The notes: a model not told the origin generated them from the sequence alone. Counted from the first letter of the stretch, positions 46,951-57,762 are shown. The stretch: DNA of 64,000 nucleotides from an uncultured Alphaproteobacteria bacterium (GCA_963832305.1 CAWHTU010000008.1:44906-108905); one strand, 5' to 3'. Made by a program: numbers and translations.

Positions 46951-49857
46951 ATGAAAGTCGTGATCGTCGAGTCGCCCGCCAAGGCGAAGACCATCAACAA
47001 ATACCTCGGCAAGGACTACGGCGTCTACGCCTCGTTCGGTCATGTGCGGGATCTGGCGGCCAAGGACGGCTCGGTCGATCCTGACGACGATTTCGCCATG
47101 CGCTGGGAGATCGACGCCAAGGCGGCCAAACGGCTCAGCGACATCGGCAGCGCGGTCAAGGACGCCGACAGAGTGATTCTTGCGACCGACCCGGACCGCG
47201 AGGGCGAGGCGATCTCCTGGCACGTCCACGAAATCCTCAAGGGCAAGAAGCTGCTGAAGGACAAGCGGGTCGACCGGGTGGTGTTCAACGCGGTGACCAA
47301 GGACGCGGTCCAGGAGGCGATGCGCCACCCGCGCGAGATCGACGAGGCGCTGGTCGACGCCTACCGGGCGCGCCGAGCGCTCGATTATCTGGTCGGCTTC
47401 ACCCTGTCTCCGGTTTTGTGGCGCAAGCTGCCGGGCGCGCGTTCGGCCGGGCGCGTCCAATCGGTGGCCTTGCGCATCATCTGCGACCGCGAGCTTGAGA
47501 TCGAGAGGTTCGTCCCGCGCGAATATTGGTCAATTGTCGCGCATTTGCTGACCGAGGCCGATGCGCCTTTCTCCGCCCGTCTGGTCGGCGCCGACGGCAA
47601 GAAGATCAACCGCCTGGACGTCGGCTCCGGACCTGAAGCTGAGGCGTTCAAGATCGCGCTGGAGACCGCGCGCTTCTCGGTCGCGGCAATCGAGTCGAAG
47701 CCGGTCAAGCGCCACCCCTATCCCCCATTCACCACTTCGACATTGCAGCAGGAAGCCTCGCGCAAGCTCGGCCTCGCGCCGGCGCGCACGATGCAGATTG
47801 CCCAACGTCTTTACGAGGGCGTTGACGTGGGCGATGGCGCGGCCGGCCTTATCACCTATATGCGCACCGACGGCGTCGACCTCGCGCCCGAGGCGGTCGC
47901 GGCGGCGCGCCGCCTCATCGGCAAGGATTTCGGCGACGCCTATGTGCCGGCCGCGCCTCGCAAATACACCGCCAAGGCCAAGAACGCGCAGGAAGCGCAC
48001 GAGGCGATCCGCCCGACCGACATGACGCGGCGTCCGCGCGACGTCGCCCGTCATCTCGAGCCCGAGCAGGCTAAACTCTACGAACTGATCTGGACGCGCA
48101 CCATCGCCAGCCAGATGGAGAGCGCCGAGCTCGAGCGCACCACGGTCGACATTCTGGCGGAAGCGGGCGCACGCAAGCTTGAATTCCGCGCCACCGGCCA
48201 GGTCGTGCGCTTTGCGGGCTTCCTCGCCCTCTACCAGGAGGGGCGCGACGACGAGGAGGACGAGGAGTCCAGCCGCCTGCCGGCGATGCGCCAGGGCGAG
48301 AAGCTCGCGAAGGAGCGGATCGACGCGACGCAGCATTTCACCGAGCCACCGCCCCGCTACACCGAGGCCACGCTGGTCAAGCGGATGGAGGAGCTTGGCA
48401 TCGGCCGTCCCTCGACCTACGCCTCGACCATCGCCGTGCTCAAGGATCGCGCCTATGTGCGGCTCGACAAGAAACGCCTTTTTCCGGAGGACAAAGGCCG
48501 GCTTGTGACGGCCTTTCTCGAATCCTTCTTCGCCAAATATGTCGGTTACGATTTCACCGCCGATCTCGAGGAGAAGCTCGACCGGGTCTCGAACAGCGAA
48601 ATCGACTGGAAGACGCTGTTGCGCGAATTTTGGAACGATTTCTCCGGCGCTGTCGACGGCACCAAGGACCTCGGCACCCGGCAGGTGCTCGACAGCCTGA
48701 ACGAGCTGCTCGGCCCGCACATTTTCCCCGCGCGCGGGGACGGCGCCGATCCGCGCCTCTGCCCACTTTGCGGCCAGGGCCAGCTTTCGCTGAAACTCGG
48801 CAAATACGGCGCATTCATCGGATGTTCGCGCTATCCGGATTGCAAGTTCTCTCGGGTTCTCGCGCCGACGGGCGCCGAAAGCGCCGAGGGCGACCGGCCG
48901 GGCGTGCGCCTGCTCGGCATCAACCCGGAGAACAGCCTGGAAATTACCCTGCGCAGCGGCCGATTCGGCGACTATGTGCAGGAAGGCGAAGCGGAGAAGG
49001 GGTCGGAGGAGAAGCCGCGCCGCTCGTCGCTGCCGCGCGGCCTCGCCGCGGATGACGTGACGCTCGAGAAGGCGCTCGCGCTGCTCGCTTTGCCGCGCGA
49101 GGTCGCGCGCCATCCCGCGAACGGCGAGCCGATCCTCGCCGGCATCGGCCGCTATGGCGCCTATGTCCAGCACGGCAAGACCTACGCCAATCTCGGCCGC
49201 GACGACGATGTGCTCGAGATCGGCGCCAATCGGGCAATCGATCTCATCGTCGCCAAGGAGAGCGGCGCGGGGGCTTCGCGCTTCGGAGCCGGCGCTGCAG
49301 CGCGCGTTCTCGGCGAACATCCCGAGGGCGGCACGGTCAGCGTCAAGCAGGGCCGGTTCGGGACCTATGTCAATCACGGCAAGGTCAACGCCACCATCCC
49401 CAAGGGGACCGACCCGGCGGGCGTCACGCTCGACGAGGCGGTCGCGCTCTTGAAGGCGAGAGCGGCGGGCGGCGGCGTTATCGGCCGCCTCGTCGGCCAG
49501 CATCCGGACGGCGGGCCTGTCACCGTGCGCGATGGGCGCTATGGCGCCTACGTCAACTGGGGCAAAGTCAACGCCACGATTCCTAAGGGGACGACGCCGG
49601 ACTCCGTCACCCTGACCCAGGCTCTGGACCTCATCGCCGAACGCGAGGGCCGGCCTGCGGCCCAGCCGCGCAAGAGGGCGGGCGCGCCGGCAAAGACCAA
49701 CGCCAGGCCTCAGAAAGCCAAGGTTGCGCCGTCATCGACAAAGGGTCGGCCGCCAAAGCCGGCCGTCAAGAGCGCCTCAGCGCGAGCCGGAAAGCCGGCT
49801 CCAGCCAAGAAGCCCGCGGCGTCAAGCGCGAAGGGCAAGAGCTCCGCGACCCGGTAA
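46951..49857 (+). CDS. topA: DNA topoisomerase I
   Basis: IVESPAK, LATDPDREGE, SAGRVQS, ITYMRTD, AHEAIRPT, zinc ribbon, C-terminal GRFG/GRYG repeats. Confidence 0.98.
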   Translation: MKVVIVESPAKAKTINKYLGKDYGVYASFGHVRDLAAKDGSVDPDDDFAMRWEIDAKAAKRLSDIGSAVKDADRVILATDPDREGEAISWHVHEILKGKKLLKDKRVDRVVFNAVTKDAVQEAMRHPREIDEALVDAYRARRALDYLVGFTLSPVLWRKLPGARSAGRVQSVALRIICDRELEIERFVPREYWSIVAHLLTEADAPFSARLVGADGKKINRLDVGSGPEAEAFKIALETARFSVAAIESKPVKRHPYPPFTTSTLQQEASRKLGLAPARTMQIAQRLYEGVDVGDGAAGLITYMRTDGVDLAPEAVAAARRLIGKDFGDAYVPAAPRKYTAKAKNAQEAHEAIRPTDMTRRPRDVARHLEPEQAKLYELIWTRTIASQMESAELERTTVDILAEAGARKLEFRATGQVVRFAGFLALYQEGRDDEEDEESSRLPAMRQGEKLAKERIDATQHFTEPPPRYTEATLVKRMEELGIGRPSTYASTIAVLKDRAYVRLDKKRLFPEDKGRLVTAFLESFFAKYVGYDFTADLEEKLDRVSNSEIDWKTLLREFWNDFSGAVDGTKDLGTRQVLDSLNELLGPHIFPARGDGADPRLCPLCGQGQLSLKLGKYGAFIGCSRYPDCKFSRVLAPTGAESAEGDRPGVRLLGINPENSLEITLRSGRFGDYVQEGEAEKGSEEKPRRSSLPRGLAADDVTLEKALALLALPREVARHPANGEPILAGIGRYGAYVQHGKTYANLGRDDDVLEIGANRAIDLIVAKESGAGASRFGAGAAARVLGEHPEGGTVSVKQGRFGTYVNHGKVNATIPKGTDPAGVTLDEAVALLKARAAGGGVIGRLVGQHPDGGPVTVRDGRYGAYVNWGKVNATIPKGTTPDSVTLTQALDLIAEREGRPAAQPRKRAGAPAKTNARPQKAKVAPSSTKGRPPKPAVKSASARAGKPAPAKKPAASSAKGKSSATR

Positions 49858-50060
49858 GCCCCGGCGGGTTCCCCACCTGTCTTTGCCGCGAAGGCGCGGC
49901 TTGTCCCGCCTTCCGCCGAGGCAAGGGCGCAGATCACGCACATCGGTTTCCTCCCCGCCCAATGAACGGCCGCATTCGGACGGCGGGTCTTTGAGCGCGG
50001 CGAGGTTCCTCAAAAGTCGTCAACCGTCAATCGGGGAAGCCTGCCAGACCTTCGCGCTCG

Positions 50061-50447
50061 CTATCCCGGCTTATGACACACGGCTTCGATGTTGTTGCCG
50101 TCCGGATCGAGGACGAAGGCGCCGTAATAGTGCTCATGGTAGTGGGGCCGCGGACCCGGCGCGCCATTGTCGCGGCCGCCCGCCCCCATCGCGGCGCGGT
50201 AGAACGCATCGACCTCGGCGTGCGTTTGCGCCGTGAAGGCGACATGCGTTCCGCCCTTGGGCTTCGAGCCAGTGCCGATCCAGAAGAAAGGCTTTCGATC
50301 GGCCCCGAAACCGGCGCCCGCATAGCCGCCCGTTTCCTGCGGCGTGACTTCCATGATCACGCCGAGGCCGAGCGGCTTCAGCGCGCTCAAATAGAAGGCT
50401 TTCGCCCGAGCGATGTCGCCTACTGAAAGGCCGATGTGATCAATCAT
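50061..50447 (-). CDS. VOC/glyoxalase family protein
   Basis: MIDHIGLSV, HVAF, GGRDNGAPG.R, YYGAFVLDPDGNNIEAVCH. Confidence 0.9.
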   Translation of the reverse strand: MIDHIGLSVGDIARAKAFYLSALKPLGLGVIMEVTPQETGGYAGAGFGADRKPFFWIGTGSKPKGGTHVAFTAQTHAEVDAFYRAAMGAGGRDNGAPGPRPHYHEHYYGAFVLDPDGNNIEAVCHKPG

Positions 50448-50646
50448 GTCAAAGCTCTCCGATCTGGCGGCGCGCCCGGGGCGCAAGCTCGCCTCGCAAG
50501 CATAAGCGAGAACCGGGAAGATTGCCCATGAAGCCCTCGGAGGGGGCGTCGTCGCAGCCTCGTCGCGGCGGCTCAATTCTGTGCTATAATTCCGGGCAAC
50601 TCCAGGCGAAGGACGGGCAAGCGCGGGCTTGCAGGAGGGCCCGTCG

Positions 50647-51318
50647 ATGAATCCGGTCAACGCGACGCAGGCTCATGCGGGACAGACGGCGGAAGCGGCC
50701 TATGGCCGCTGGGCGCCGGTCTACGACCTGATCTTCGATCTGCCTTTCCATCCGGGCCGGGCCGCCGCGGCGCGCGCGGCCGCCAAGGCCGCCGGCCCCG
50801 GCGGCGAGATCCTGGTCGTCGGCGTCGGCACCGGGCTCGAATTGCCGCTGCTCCCGGCGGATGTGCTCGTGACCGGCATCGACATCTCTGGCCCGATGTT
50901 GCGCGCGGCGCGCGCCCGCGTCGAGCGCATGGGGCTCGCGCAGGTGAAGGGCCTGCATATGATGGACGCTGGCGCGCTCGAGTTTCCCGACGCCGCGTTC
51001 GACGTCGCGCTTGCGCCCTATGTGATCAGCGTCGTTCCCCATCCCGAGCGGGCGCTCGACGAAGCTTGGCGGGTCTTGAGGCCAGGCGGCGCCCTTATCG
51101 TGATGAACCACTTCGCCGCCTCCGCGGGTTTGCGGGCTGGGGTTGAGCGTCGGATGGAGACCGCAGCCGGCTGGCTCGGCTGGCACCCGAACTTCCCTTA
51201 CTCGGCGGTCGGAGACTGGATCGATGCCCGCCCCGACGCGCGAATCGTCGAGCGGAGCGAGCTTGCGCCGATGAATTTGTTCACGCTTCTGAGGATCGAG
51301 AAGGCCAAACGACGGTGA
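50647..51318 (+). CDS. Class I SAM methyltransferase, phosphatidylethanolamine N-methyltransferase (PmtA)-like
   Basis: AYGRWAPVYD, VGVGTGLELP, GIDIS, MDA..L.FPD, RVLRPGG. Confidence 0.8.
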   Translation: MNPVNATQAHAGQTAEAAYGRWAPVYDLIFDLPFHPGRAAAARAAAKAAGPGGEILVVGVGTGLELPLLPADVLVTGIDISGPMLRAARARVERMGLAQVKGLHMMDAGALEFPDAAFDVALAPYVISVVPHPERALDEAWRVLRPGGALIVMNHFAASAGLRAGVERRMETAAGWLGWHPNFPYSAVGDWIDARPDARIVERSELAPMNLFTLLRIEKAKRR

Positions 51319-51423
51319 CGAAGCCGCGCGTCAGCATCGAGCCCGCCATTGTGCAAGGATGGCTTGTTTCCTCGGGCGGTCGAACTTACCTTCGCACCAG
51401 GGCGCTTCCATCGCCCTTGAGAA

Positions 51424-53760
51424 GTGGAAGCCTTGCAGAATCAAAAAATCCGTCGGCGCGCGACGCCGAAGGCCGACCGCAACGCGGCTGAACCGCGAGC
51501 CGCTGCGCTTCCTTCGCGCGAGCAGGTTATGGCCTTCATCAGCGGAGCGCCGGCGCCCAATGGCGAGCGGGCTCCCGCGCGGGTCACCAAGCGCGACGTC
51601 GCTCGCGCCTTCGGCGTCAAAGGCGAAGCCAAAGCGGAATTGAAGGTCATCCTCAAGGATTTGCAGGCCGAAGGCGCCGTCGCGCGCGGCCGCAAGGCGC
51701 TCACCGTCCAGGGCCGCCTTCCCTCGCTCGTCGTGGCCGACATCACTGAGCGCGACCAGGACGGCGAATTGATCGCGAGGCCCGCCGAATGGAGCGGGGA
51801 CGCGCCCGCGCCGCGCATTGTTGTCCGCCGCTCCCGCGCCAAGCGCGAGCGCGCGCCGGCGCCGGGTCTCGGTGCGCGGGTCTTGATGCGGGTCGAGTTC
51901 GACCCAAGCGCCGGGGACGGCGCCCCAGCCTATTCCGGCCGGGTGATCAAGATCCTCGACAAGCTCAAGGGGCGCGCCTTCGCGGTCTATCGCGCCGCGG
52001 CGGACGGCTCGGGCCGGGCGCTGCCGGTCGAGAAGCGCGGAGCGGCGCGCGAATTCTTTGTGCCGGCGGCCATGGCGGGCGACGCGCGGGACGGAGACCT
52101 CGTCGCTATCGAGCCCTTGCGGGAGGGGCGCTTTGGGCCTCCCCACGCACGCGTCGTCGAAACGATCGGGTCGGTCAAGTCCGAGCGCGCGGTGAGCCTG
52201 ATCGCGCTCGCGACCCATCACATCCCGCATGTCTTTTCGCCCGCGGCGCTGAAGGAAGCGGAAGCGGCGCGGCCCGTCCAGCTCAGACCCCCGCGCCAGG
52301 ACTGGCGCGCGTTGCCGCTCGTCACGATCGATCCGCCTGACGCCAAGGACCACGACGACGCGGTTCATGCGGCGCCCGATACCGACGCCGGCAACCCCGG
52401 CGGGTTCGTGGTCACCGTCGCCATCGCCGATGTCGCGGCCTACGTCCGCCCCGGCTCGGCCCTCGACCGGGAGGCGCTCGAGCGCGGCAACTCGGTCTAT
52501 TTTCCCGATCGGGTGGTGCCGATGCTGCCGGAGCGGATCTCGAACGACCTTTGCTCGCTGCGCCCCCTCGAGGACCGCCCCGCGCTTGCGGTGCGCATGG
52601 TGCTCGGCGCCGACGGTCGCAAGCGCTCGCACAAGTTCCACCGGATCATGATGCGGTCCGCCGCCAAGCTTTCGTACGAGCAGGCGCAAGCCGCGATCGA
52701 CGGACGGCCGGACGAAACGACTGCGCCGCTCCTCGACAGCGTGCTGAGGCCGCTTTACGCGGCCCATTCGGTGATCAGACTTGAGCGCGAGCGGCGCGAT
52801 CCGCTCGATCTCGACCTGCCGGAACGCAAACTCGTTCTCGACCGGGAGGGCCGGCTCAAGGACGTGCGCTGGCCGGAGCGGCTGGAAGCCCACCGGCTGA
52901 TCGAGGAGTTCATGATCCTCGCCAATGTCGCCGCCGCCGAGACGCTCGAAGCCGCTCATTCGCCGCTCCTCTATCGCGCCCATGACGCGCCGAGCGTCGA
53001 GAAGCTCAACGACCTGATCGAGTTCCTCCGCACCATCGGCGTCAAATTGGCCAAGGGCGAGCGCGTTCGCCCGTCGCATTTCAACGGCGTCCTGGGCCGC
53101 GTGCGCGGGCAGGCGGTCGAGGCTCTGGTCAACGAAGTGGTGTTGCGCGCCCAGGCGCAGGCCGAATACAGCCACGAGAACTACGGCCATTTCGGCCTTA
53201 ACCTGCGCCGCTACGCACACTTCACCTCGCCCATTCGCCGCTACGCCGACCTTATCGTCCATCGCGCGCTGATCAGGGCGCTCAACCTCGGCGAGGGCGG
53301 CCTCAACGACATGCGCGCCGGCGAACTGGCGCAGGTGGCCGAGCATATCTCGGCCGCCGAACGCCGCGCGATGGCGGCGGAACGCGAGACCGTCGACCGC
53401 GTCATAGCAGCCCATCTGGCCGACGAGGTCGGCGCCGTGTTCGAAGGCCGCATCGCCGGCGTGACCCGCGCCGGCCTGTTCGTGAAGCTGAGCGAAACCG
53501 GCGCCGACGGCTTCGTGCCGGCTTCGACCCTCGGCGACGACTATTATCGCTTCGAGGAGGCAAACCGCGCCCTCGTCGGGTCGCGGACCAAGGAAGCCTT
53601 CCGCCTGGGCGGGGGGGTCAAGGTGCGACTGGTCGAGGCCGCGCCATTCGCCGGCGCGCTCAGGTTCGAGATCGTGCGCGCCGGCGCCGAGCCCGGCGCC
53701 CGGCGCAAATCGACCGCCCCGACGCCGTTCAAGGCGATCCGCAGGGACAAGCGGCGATGA
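51424..53760 (+). CDS. rnr: Ribonuclease R
   Basis: VTIDPPDAKDHDDA, VAIADV, GNSVYFP, HFTSPIRRYADL, S1 domain. Start approximate. Confidence 0.96.
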   Translation: MEALQNQKIRRRATPKADRNAAEPRAAALPSREQVMAFISGAPAPNGERAPARVTKRDVARAFGVKGEAKAELKVILKDLQAEGAVARGRKALTVQGRLPSLVVADITERDQDGELIARPAEWSGDAPAPRIVVRRSRAKRERAPAPGLGARVLMRVEFDPSAGDGAPAYSGRVIKILDKLKGRAFAVYRAAADGSGRALPVEKRGAAREFFVPAAMAGDARDGDLVAIEPLREGRFGPPHARVVETIGSVKSERAVSLIALATHHIPHVFSPAALKEAEAARPVQLRPPRQDWRALPLVTIDPPDAKDHDDAVHAAPDTDAGNPGGFVVTVAIADVAAYVRPGSALDREALERGNSVYFPDRVVPMLPERISNDLCSLRPLEDRPALAVRMVLGADGRKRSHKFHRIMMRSAAKLSYEQAQAAIDGRPDETTAPLLDSVLRPLYAAHSVIRLERERRDPLDLDLPERKLVLDREGRLKDVRWPERLEAHRLIEEFMILANVAAAETLEAAHSPLLYRAHDAPSVEKLNDLIEFLRTIGVKLAKGERVRPSHFNGVLGRVRGQAVEALVNEVVLRAQAQAEYSHENYGHFGLNLRRYAHFTSPIRRYADLIVHRALIRALNLGEGGLNDMRAGELAQVAEHISAAERRAMAAERETVDRVIAAHLADEVGAVFEGRIAGVTRAGLFVKLSETGADGFVPASTLGDDYYRFEEANRALVGSRTKEAFRLGGGVKVRLVEAAPFAGALRFEIVRAGAEPGARRKSTAPTPFKAIRRDKRR

Positions 53761-54176
53761 ACGACATGACGCGCTTCTGGCGCATTCCCACGCCCCGGCC
53801 CGAGCGTCCGCTGCGCACGGCGATCACCCGCGGCTTCTTCGGCCGGTGCCCGGCATGCGGGCGGGGCCAACTGTTCCGCTCCTATCTCAAGGTCGTCAAC
53901 GCCTGCAAGATTTGCGGTGAAGACATGAGTCATCAGCGCGCCGACGATGCGCCGGCTTATCTGACGCTCCTCCTTGTGGCCCATATGGTCGGCGCCGGCA
54001 TTCTGCTCTCCGACGAACTCTGGCCGCAGGCATCTGCGTTCTGGGTCATCGCGTTCTGGCTGACGGCGACCGTCGTCGCCAGTCTTATCATCTTGCCTCG
54101 CGCCAAGGGCGCCGTCATCGGTCAGCAGTGGGCCATGTGCATGCACGGCTTCGGCGCCGAGGGCGACCGGACGTGA
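53757..54176 (+). CDS. DUF983 domain protein
   Basis: RCPACGRG.LF..YLKV...C..CG, RADDAPAY, PRAKG. Typical position after rnr. Confidence 0.88.
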   Translation: MNDMTRFWRIPTPRPERPLRTAITRGFFGRCPACGRGQLFRSYLKVVNACKICGEDMSHQRADDAPAYLTLLLVAHMVGAGILLSDELWPQASAFWVIAFWLTATVVASLIILPRAKGAVIGQQWAMCMHGFGAEGDRT

Positions 54177-54883
54177 CCGACGCCGCCAGGTCCGATCGGG
54201 CGCTTCGCCCGCGCGACGCGGCGACGCTCATCCTGGTCGAACGAGCGGAGCGCGGCCACGCGCGGGTGCTGATGGGCAAGCGGCACGCGGGGCACCGGTT
54301 CATGCCGGGCAAGTTCGTCTTTCCCGGCGGCCGGGTCGAGCCGGAGGACCGGAGGATGGCCGCCGCCGGCGCGCTCGATCCCAATGTCGAGGCGAAGCTC
54401 AACGCTCGCGTGCGCCGGCCGTCGCCGCATTTCGCCCGCGCCCTGGCGCTGGCGGCGATCCGCGAGACCTTCGAGGAAACAGGCCTCGCGATCGGCGCTC
54501 CCGATCATGGCGCGCCGGCAAATCCGCCGCCGGGCGCCTGGTCCCGATTCGCGGCGACCGGCGTCACGCCATCGCTCGACGCCATCGACTTTCTCGCCCG
54601 CGCGATCACCCCGCCCGGACGCCCCCGGCGCTTCGACGCCCGCTTCCTGATCGCCGACGCGAACTCAATCGCCGGGCGTGTCGAGGGGGCTATCCATCCC
54701 GAGGCCGAACTGGTCGAGCTCGTCTGGACGCCGCTAGACGAGGCGCTGAACCTCGACCTCCCCGACATCACCCGCGCAGCCCTCGCCGACCTCGCGCTCG
54801 CGCTCGACGGCGGCCTCGACAAACGCCGCCCCCGCCCCTTCTATCGCCAGCTGCGCGGCAAGCGGCTCAGGGAGCAGCTGTAG
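54173..54883 (+). CDS. NUDIX hydrolase
   Basis: PRDAATLIL, VFPGGRVE, AAIRETFEETG. GTGA overlap with DUF983. Confidence 0.88.
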   Translation: MTDAARSDRALRPRDAATLILVERAERGHARVLMGKRHAGHRFMPGKFVFPGGRVEPEDRRMAAAGALDPNVEAKLNARVRRPSPHFARALALAAIRETFEETGLAIGAPDHGAPANPPPGAWSRFAATGVTPSLDAIDFLARAITPPGRPRRFDARFLIADANSIAGRVEGAIHPEAELVELVWTPLDEALNLDLPDITRAALADLALALDGGLDKRRPRPFYRQLRGKRLREQL

Positions 54884-55066
54884 GATCGAAACGAGATCAG
54901 GAACGGCCGCGCGCGCACCCGTCACAGTCCTTTGAAGAGCCGCCTTGCAGGCGTCAAAGCCCGCGGCTGATATTCTTCTGCAGAAAGGTGATTGAGCTCA
55001 CAGTGCAAGCCGCCGGGGCGGAAGTAGCGGTGTCCCGGGGTCAGTTCGTCCTTGGAGGAGAACAGC

Positions 55067-56239
55067 ATGGCGATCGCACATCCCGATCTCGGGAACTGGC
55101 GTTTACCGCGCCAAGGTCTTGAACCGCGCCATCGACATGGTCGGCCGCTCCCGGGCCTCACGTCCGCCGGCCCGCCGTGTGGAAGGAAAAGGCTTCTGCT
55201 TGGAACAATCCTGCCGAGCCTGGCGCTGATCGTGGCGCTCGCGGGCCTTCCCACTGTAGCCTACGCGCAGTCATCCACCCTTCCAGGCGAATTCGCATTC
55301 CGAACCAAGAAGGGGTACTACCTCACCGCTATCAGCGGCGGAGGGCGTTCCGACGCTCCGACGATCATCACCGAAGCGACTTCGGCCGGGCCGTGGGAGA
55401 AATTCAGGATCGTCGTGGCCGACCCGGCGGCGACCGCGTTCGACAAGAGCTTCCAGACAGCGACAGGTAATTTCGTCACCGCGGTCAACGGCGGCGGCAT
55501 GACCTCGGACGCCCTGCATACCGATGCGACTCAGATTCGGGGCTGGGAGCAATTCCGTATGAACGATCTAAGCCTGATAAGCTCCGGCGCTACCTACTAC
55601 GAGCTCTTTACCATCGGCAAAAGGGACGTCACCGCCGTCGGCGCCGGAGGACAATACGAAGACGCCATCCACACCGACGCCACGAATGTCGGAACATGGG
55701 AGGAGTTCAGGCCGGTGAAGTGCGGGGACCTGGGGTCGGGAATCGAATATTTCATCATCCCCAATGTCGTTCCCTTCGACGGCTGGGCGCTCTCGGCGCC
55801 GGGCGGCGGCGGCGCCGTCAGCGACGCGGTCGCGACGGGATATGGCGGATGGCCGGAGTCGCGGTTCAAGTTGATCCGCCAGCCGGACGGGACCTACGCG
55901 CTGCAGACATCGAACGGCTCGAATTTTGTCACCGCGCTGGGCGGCGGCGGCGAGGTGCAAGAATATATACACTGCCATCCCGGCTTTCCGGGCGCCTGCA
56001 TCGACAGCATCACCGATATCTTCCACACCGATGCGACGCAGGTTCTGGGATGGGAGAAATTCACGATCACCGACCTCGGCAACTGCAAGTACACGATACA
56101 GACCATCAAAGGGTTCTTCGTCGGTCAGTATCAGGCGCCGGAGGGGGTATTCTTCACGACCGACCGTAGCGTTGTTTCGGACAACGAGAAATTCCAGTTC
56201 GTGATGAGCGGTCTTGGCTCGCCGCCTATCCTCCATTGA
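55067..56239 (+). CDS. Secreted fascin-like beta-trefoil repeat protein
   Basis: RBS GGAGGA, signal peptide ending AYA, six ~40-aa repeats, most matching T..G..VTA..GGG...HTDAT....WE.F. Confidence 0.75.
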   Translation: MAIAHPDLGNWRLPRQGLEPRHRHGRPLPGLTSAGPPCGRKRLLLGTILPSLALIVALAGLPTVAYAQSSTLPGEFAFRTKKGYYLTAISGGGRSDAPTIITEATSAGPWEKFRIVVADPAATAFDKSFQTATGNFVTAVNGGGMTSDALHTDATQIRGWEQFRMNDLSLISSGATYYELFTIGKRDVTAVGAGGQYEDAIHTDATNVGTWEEFRPVKCGDLGSGIEYFIIPNVVPFDGWALSAPGGGGAVSDAVATGYGGWPESRFKLIRQPDGTYALQTSNGSNFVTALGGGGEVQEYIHCHPGFPGACIDSITDIFHTDATQVLGWEKFTITDLGNCKYTIQTIKGFFVGQYQAPEGVFFTTDRSVVSDNEKFQFVMSGLGSPPILH

Positions 56240-56703
56240 GGGGTTTTCGCCGGCAAGCAATCTCGCTTCATCAGAGCATTGGACGGACCGTCAAGGCGCG
56301 GGAAGAGCCGCTTCCCGCGCTTGAGCGAAGGACGGCCTGGCCTACGCGCTGGGCGTGGGCCTCGACAAACGGGGCCGCGCCCGTTCTTTCGCCAGTTCCG
56401 GGGCAAGTCGCTCAGGAGCAGCTCTAGACTAGCACCATCTCGCTCTGGGGCCGAAACTCAATCGTTTGGCCCGGTTTCGACCCGAAGCCGACTTCCAAGA
56501 TCGGCCCTATGACCGGGCGCAATGCGCGAGAAAACGGTCCTTCGATCGGATGCTCGGACGCCTCTTGGGGTTTCTGACACGTTTGCTGTCGGTCCCCGTC
56601 TAACATGCCGATTTCGGCTCCGCCGTTGATGCTCAGACCCTCTTTGTGTCATTCTTTTTGTTTGATCCAGCGGCGCAAGACCGTTGGTCATAGGGAGGAG
56701 AAA

Positions 56704-57732
56704 ATGTCCGACAAGTCGAAGTTGACTTCACAAGGCCGACGCAACCTCCTAAAGGGCCTTGCGGGCGCTACAGCTTCGTTCGCAGGGCTCGGTGTCAATC
56801 CCATGGTCGCCGGTGCGATAGCGAAGGAGGCGGGCAAGGCCACCCGACCCCTCAAGGCGGCATTTTCAAACGCCGGCCTGCAAGCGACCTGGTGCGCGCA
56901 GGGCAAGCAGGCGGCCGAGTACTGGGGCAAGCTTTTCAACGTCGACGTCACATGGTTCGATGGCGTGTTCAACAACGTCACGCAGCGCGCCGCGATCGAC
57001 AATATGGCTTCGCAGAAGTGGGACTTCGTCGCGATCCAGGCGTTCGGCATCGGAACCCTGACGGCGCCCGTCAACAAGATGATCGACGCCGGAATTCCGG
57101 TCGTTGACATGGATACGCTGATCGCCCCACTCGACACCATTAATGTCCTGACTTTCCTCGCGCCCGACAACGAATTCATGGGTGCGTCCGTCACCCAGGC
57201 GCTGGTCAACGCCATCAATGGCGAGGGCACGATCGTCATGACTCAGGGCTCGCTTGGACACACGGGCGCGCAAGGCCGCGCAAAAGGCTTCCATTCGGTG
57301 GTCTCGAAGTTCCCCAAGGTGCAGGTTCTCGACGAACAGCCAGCCGACTGGGATGTGACGAAGGTCGCGCGGATCTGGGAATCACTCTTGACCAAGTATC
57401 CGAAAATTGACGCCGCGTTCTTTCACAACGACGACATGGCGCTCGCCGCTTATAAGGTCATGCAGGACAAGGGGCGGACAGAGACCAAGATCGGCGGGGT
57501 CGACGCTATGCCCCCCGCGATTAAGGCCGTTCAGGCAAGCCAGATGTACGCGACTGTCCGCAACCCGTCTTGCCGTATCCACGGCGGGGCGATTGTCGCG
57601 GGCGTGTCGGCGGTGATAAACGGGGCAAAGACGGGAACTGACATACCAAAGAGCGTCGTCACCGACGGCCCCGTCGTCACCAAGGCCAACGCTGACGGCA
57701 TGCTATGGATGGAGGAGCAATTCCTCATTTGA
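56704..57732 (+). CDS. Orphan sugar ABC substrate-binding protein with Tat signal
   Basis: RBS AGGAGG, GRRNLLK twin-arginine motif, APDN, HNDDMALAA, GGVDA. Confidence 0.85.
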   Translation: MSDKSKLTSQGRRNLLKGLAGATASFAGLGVNPMVAGAIAKEAGKATRPLKAAFSNAGLQATWCAQGKQAAEYWGKLFNVDVTWFDGVFNNVTQRAAIDNMASQKWDFVAIQAFGIGTLTAPVNKMIDAGIPVVDMDTLIAPLDTINVLTFLAPDNEFMGASVTQALVNAINGEGTIVMTQGSLGHTGAQGRAKGFHSVVSKFPKVQVLDEQPADWDVTKVARIWESLLTKYPKIDAAFFHNDDMALAAYKVMQDKGRTETKIGGVDAMPPAIKAVQASQMYATVRNPSCRIHGGAIVAGVSAVINGAKTGTDIPKSVVTDGPVVTKANADGMLWMEEQFLI

Positions 57733-57762
57733 AGCCCGCGCCGCCGTCGTCAGGACTGTCCG

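Noticed and set aside
48900-49857. Repeats and Lys/Ala/Pro-rich tail at the topA C-terminus
   Set aside because: Normal C-terminal repeat architecture of alphaproteobacterial TopA.
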